A DNA stretch of 32,000 nucleotides. It comes from Promethearchaeum syntrophicum. GTDB lineage: Archaea > Asgardarchaeota > Lokiarchaeia > Sigyniarchaeales > Promethearchaeaceae. Under the pieces are notes generated by a model. The model saw only the letters and a program-made list of their open reading frames with translations. It ran no database searches and was not told the DNA's origin. The stretch lies in the NCBI RefSeq assembly GCF_008000775.2, contig NZ_CP042905.2, forward strand, positions 2,850,001 through 2,882,000. Reading direction: 5' to 3'. The position numbers and the translations under genes are program-made. This document shows positions 28,101-32,000 of this stretch, in pieces. Each line of letters opens with the position of its first letter. Position 1 is the stretch's first letter.

Positions 28101-28827
28101 TCCGAGAGGCTAAATTTCTTGCAATCATTTCTTTTAGATAAATCCCTGCTTCAATAGTTTTTCCTAGCCCCACCTCATCTGCGAGTATATAGCGAGCGTA
28201 TCCTAATTCTAATAAACTATGGGCTACAGATATTTGATGGGGTAATAAGCTTAATCGAGAATTTGTAATTATTTTGAGTATATTGCTTTCATAAAGATCT
28301 GAAGCCTGAAACGCCCAAAATCTCAGTAAAAATTGATTTTGAGAATCAATATTTCCTTTCAAAAATTCATCGATAGGTGATTGGTATTCAGAGAGTATTT
28401 GTGTCTCTTCAAGACGCATTTTTAATCCTGAAGACGACAAAATTTCATACCTAACAATACCATCGGATTTATCAAGATTATAGGATAAAATTGTTCCGAT
28501 ATCACTTGAATATCGAATTTTTTTTCCAATATCGAAAATATAATGCAATAAATCATTTCTAAAAATTATTTTCTCATGGAATGCTTGAAATTGTACGAGA
28601 TATTTATCTAACTGAATATTAGAAATATCCTTATTTTTTTTATTTGGTAATTTTTCTAAAACATCGATAATTCGTCCGATTCCTAATCCAGGATTATTTC
28701 TAAGAACTACTAAATTTCCTATAAAAAATGAGTGGCTGCGACATTTTAAATTAGGACATATACCTTTTGAAGAAATGTCAATTGATGTTTTGCAGTATTG
28801 GCAAATTTCCGGATAAAATAAGAACAT
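25183..28827 (-). CDS. Snf2/RapA-like SF2 ATPase/helicase with N-terminal zinc ribbon and C-terminal coiled coil
   Basis: CQYCK...[106 protein letters not shown]. Confidence 0.93.
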   Translation of the reverse strand: [1214 protein letters not shown]

Positions 28828-28858
28828 AATTTAATTCACATATTTTTTTGAAGAATTG

Positions 28859-31132
28859 CTACTCTTGACTTTGCCACCTATCATATTCTTCAAATAGATC
28901 ATCAATTTCACCCATAACACGCGAGAATTTCCTCCACATCTTTCGTCCGAACGCATCTTCAACAACATAGGTCATTTTGAGATTATAATCAGTAGTTAAT
29001 TCAAAAAGAGATGATAACTCGTCCCGAGTGATATCTTCTTTTAAAACAGTATTTACAATTTCAGATAATTTAGTTTTTAATAATTCTGTATTTGATTTAG
29101 ATTTTTGGGCTTTTACTAATAAATGGTGAATTCTTTCTTGTAATTCTTCTTCATCAAGAGATAATTTCTTTATTCCTTCCTCAATTATACGATCAGAACA
29201 TAAATTTATTACCCTGTCATAAATTTCGATTGCATGTTGAAGACTTAGGCCAGATTCAATGGGATTAAAATTTCGACCAATTCTGGCTTCAATTACTTTT
29301 AAATATGCACTTTCTTCCAGCAATTGGATGTTTTTTAAATCACTCTCAGGCCAATTTGCATTAATTTTTTCTGCCAATTCTTTTAAACGTGAATCTGATA
29401 CTGGGGTCTCCTTTAAGGCGGATACTAAATCTTTTTGAAAGCCTTTTGCATGTTCACCTAATAATTTCACCCTGACCTCAATATCCGGCATCATTTTTTT
29501 GTGTGCCTTATTTTTTATCCATTTAAACTTCTTAATTGCTTCAGAAATTAATTTTTCCGCTTTTTTTGGGTTTTTCTCTAATTGAGCCTTTCCATCCAGC
29601 ACAAATTGTATCCCATCATCCATTGCCATATTAAGCTCAAAGAAATAATCTATGAAAGAAACTTGTGAACGCTCTCGTAGAGTAATCTCTTTTGTATATA
29701 TATCATTAACAACACTCTTTGTTGATAAAAACCATAGAAAAGCAGAAGGAATCCAAAATAGGATACTTATGTATAATAACTCGCGATACCCCATCCCAAT
29801 TCGACTTAATATTGTTAATAATCCCGCGGTAAGCATTAATGTAAAACTTTTTCCCAGCTGTTCAGTTAATTGAAAAAGCGAAGTAGCCGTCCCGCGATGT
29901 TCTGGCAAATTAACATCAACCATTACGGCATTCTTATTAGTGACCATACCAGCACTGAGAAAAGTTCCTAAGAACGAAAATATTACATAAAAAATATAAG
30001 AGGGATAATTTGTAAATATCGCACCTATTGTCTGAGAAACATAAAAACCAAACTGATCATTTGAGATTTCACTTGGATATGCAGGCATATTTGATAACAT
30101 TACTGGTCGTAGGAAAAAAATCATTAATAAACAGAAAGGAACTGCCAAAGCATTAACAATAAATGCTAAAATAGCCCGATTTTTATTGTTTTTATTGTAA
30201 AGAAAATCTCCCAACCAAGATAAAACAATACTTCCTACTATATAACCCACACTTGCCACTCCAGCCATTAGTGTGGAAACTTGAATTCTTATTTCACTAG
30301 GTAGAACGGCTAATAAACCATCAGTTGGATGTGAAAACGTCGTTATTAAAGAGAAGATTATAATTGTGCCAGGAACAATTGAAAATAATCCATTTATAAT
30401 GAGATATCTATTCGTTCGCTTTTTCATCATACTGATTAAAGCACGTCGACTCATTCGATATCCATATTGAAGTTCATCAAATTCTTGTAAATCTGCCAAA
30501 CTCTCCTCTTTCGAGCCCATTTCTGGCAATTTTACAAAGGCGAGTAAAAATAATGCAATTACAGCTAATCCAAACAATATTAAAAATGGAAAATGCCACC
30601 CTAAATTTAAAATATTAAGAGGACCAAGAAAAGCAGATAATCCTTGACCAGTACCATTACTTGTAGAAGAAAATATTGCTAAAAATCCAAATAATCCAGA
30701 TCGTTCTTCTGCGGGAAATATATCACTTAGAATTGATATTCCAACTGGAATTGCAAAACCCATGCCACCACCTGTGATTATCCTAGCAACAATTAATAAC
30801 CCATAAGAATTAACAAAAATTGTTAATAGAAAGCCCAAAATTGATAAAAATACCCCCCAACGAATCACTTTGTTCCGATCGAGCCGGTCCGTATAATATC
30901 CCCATACTACCATCGTAAATGCAGCAATTAGCACCGACAAAGCATCAGGAATATAAATTGAAGAAGAATATTGCTCCCCGAAATCTGCAATAATTGCAGA
31001 ATATGAAGGAATCATCATATTTAAAGAAGCGACGTTAATGAATGAAAGCAAGAGAATTACAAAAATAACTGAAATCTCATTTTTAGAAAATTTCATCTTG
31101 AATTTCATCTTCTTTCGTTCTTTAATATCCAT
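28859..31132 (-). CDS. Major facilitator superfamily transporter with a C-terminal soluble extension of about 250 aa
   Basis: Polytopic N-terminal ~500 aa with WGYYTDRLDRNKVIRWG loop, then a long charged helical tail. Confidence 0.85.
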   Translation of the reverse strand: MDIKERKKMKFKMKFSKNEISVIFVILLLSFINVASLNMMIPSYSAIIADFGEQYSSSIYIPDALSVLIAAFTMVVWGYYTDRLDRNKVIRWGVFLSILGFLLTIFVNSYGLLIVARIITGGGMGFAIPVGISILSDIFPAEERSGLFGFLAIFSSTSNGTGQGLSAFLGPLNILNLGWHFPFLILFGLAVIALFLLAFVKLPEMGSKEESLADLQEFDELQYGYRMSRRALISMMKKRTNRYLIINGLFSIVPGTIIIFSLITTFSHPTDGLLAVLPSEIRIQVSTLMAGVASVGYIVGSIVLSWLGDFLYNKNNKNRAILAFIVNALAVPFCLLMIFFLRPVMLSNMPAYPSEISNDQFGFYVSQTIGAIFTNYPSYIFYVIFSFLGTFLSAGMVTNKNAVMVDVNLPEHRGTATSLFQLTEQLGKSFTLMLTAGLLTILSRIGMGYRELLYISILFWIPSAFLWFLSTKSVVNDIYTKEITLRERSQVSFIDYFFELNMAMDDGIQFVLDGKAQLEKNPKKAEKLISEAIKKFKWIKNKAHKKMMPDIEVRVKLLGEHAKGFQKDLVSALKETPVSDSRLKELAEKINANWPESDLKNIQLLEESAYLKVIEARIGRNFNPIESGLSLQHAIEIYDRVINLCSDRIIEEGIKKLSLDEEELQERIHHLLVKAQKSKSNTELLKTKLSEIVNTVLKEDITRDELSSLFELTTDYNLKMTYVVEDAFGRKMWRKFSRVMGEIDDLFEEYDRWQSQE

Positions 31133-31281
31133 CCCCTCGATTAATCCTAATAAAAATTACCATTATAAATATTTTAATTTATTCTTTCTATCGTAAATGT
31201 AGTTCTGTTAATTTGTTTAAGCTTAAATTAGGAAAAAATTTGGAAAAGAAAAAAATGAAAGCCTCACTGCATACTTATTTA

Positions 31282-32000
31282 TTAGATCATATCAAATTTT
31301 CTGCCAATTTTCTCATAGATATCTAATGCATCTTGAATTTGCTCTTCAGTATGAGTAGCCATTAGAGAATTCCGTAATAATTCATCCCCTTCAGCAACTC
31401 CAGGAGCACGAACTGGATTCGAATATAATCCTTCTGCTAAGAGTTCCTTCCAGACTTTGAAAACTTTAAGTTCATCTCGTACATACACTGGAACTACAGG
31501 AGTTTCGCTTCCACCTGTTTCAAAACCCAACTTTCTTAAACCAGATTCGAATAAGCGCGCATTTGACATTACTTTCTTCCTCAAATCTTCACTTTTTTCT
31601 ATCAATTCAATCGCTTTAATAATTGCTGCAACTGCAGGTGGAAGAAGAGAAGCACTAAAAATGAAACTTCGTGCATGGTGTTGAATATAATTAGCCACAT
31701 CCTCAGTACTTACACAAAAACCTCCAATGGAAGCGAATGATTTTGAGAATGTGCCAACGACAAGATCAATCCGATCCATAAGACCAAAATGCCCTCCAAC
31801 ACCTTCACCGTGATCCCCTAGATACCCCACTCCATGGGCATCATCAATCATTAAACGAGCGCTATATTGCTCTGATAATTCAACTAATTCAGGTATTGGT
31901 GCTAAAGATCCTTCCATGCTAAAAACTCCATCACTAACAATAAGTTTACCTTTATTTGCAGGTATTGATTGAAGAACCCTTTCAAGATCTTCCATATTAT
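31282..32000 (-). CDS. AONS/KBL family PLP-dependent acyltransferase (glycine C-acetyltransferase / 8-amino-7-oxononanoate synthase-like), N-terminus beyond window
   Basis: FSMEGSLAPIPELVELSEQYSARLMIDDAHGVGYLGDHGEGV, PLP-Lys GTFSKSFASIGGF, FSASLLPPAVAA. Frame open to the window edge. Confidence 0.88.
   Translation of the reverse strand, partial: NMEDLERVLQSIPANKGKLIVSDGVFSMEGSLAPIPELVELSEQYSARLMIDDAHGVGYLGDHGEGVGGHFGLMDRIDLVVGTFSKSFASIGGFCVSTEDVANYIQHHARSFIFSASLLPPAVAAIIKAIELIEKSEDLRKKVMSNARLFESGLRKLGFETGGSETPVVPVYVRDELKVFKVWKELLAEGLYSNPVRAPGVAEGDELLRNSLMATHTEEQIQDALDIYEKIGRKFDMI

Noticed and set aside
25183-28827. Snf2-like helicase as part of a DISARM or other multi-gene defence island
   Set aside because: No neighbouring methyltransferase, DrmA/B/C or nuclease is visible. 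The N-terminal zinc ribbon and LG-x-G region fit a RapA-like Snf2 protein, so a link to the retron-like locus is unsupported.
1-32000. CRISPR arrays, rRNA genes, prophage or IS transposases
   Set aside because: No regularly spaced short repeats, rRNA signature sequences, or transposase/phage structural genes were seen on reading.

Overview
AT-rich archaeal window. The gene content suggests an Asgard/Promethearchaeota-like genome: several longin/roadblock-like small proteins, archaeal-style TATA promoters and an intron-containing tRNA-Leu. That taxonomic call is inference. Mostly chromosomal genes are present: OppD/OppF ATPases, tRNA-Leu(UAA), NadA, TrxB, a HypD-like glycyl-radical enzyme plus its activase, an SCP2-domain protein, a DUF2156 protein, a GNAT acetyltransferase, an H+-pyrophosphatase, an ABC-2 exporter pair, a RapA/Snf2-like helicase, an MFS transporter with a long C-terminal extension, and a truncated AONS/KBL-family PLP enzyme. 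The most notable locus is 21988-24020. A retron-type reverse transcriptase (NAxxH, YADD, VTG motifs) has an N-terminal transmembrane segment and a long N-terminal extension. It faces two tandem structured ncRNA-like repeats (22023-22170 and 22276-22425). Each repeat has its own conserved TATA-like element at identical spacing, terminal a1/a2-type inverted repeats (AATCCCTG/CAGGGATT), two near-invariant 5' hairpins, an msd-like enclosing stem, and a 3' hairpin that changes sequence between copies while keeping its pairing. I interpret this as an unusual archaeal retron with two ncRNAs convergent with and downstream of the RT. A missed ~50-aa ORF with internal Y-N/D-P-H-x-x-x-W repeats (6060-6218) and a noncanonical tRNA intron are also worth checking.
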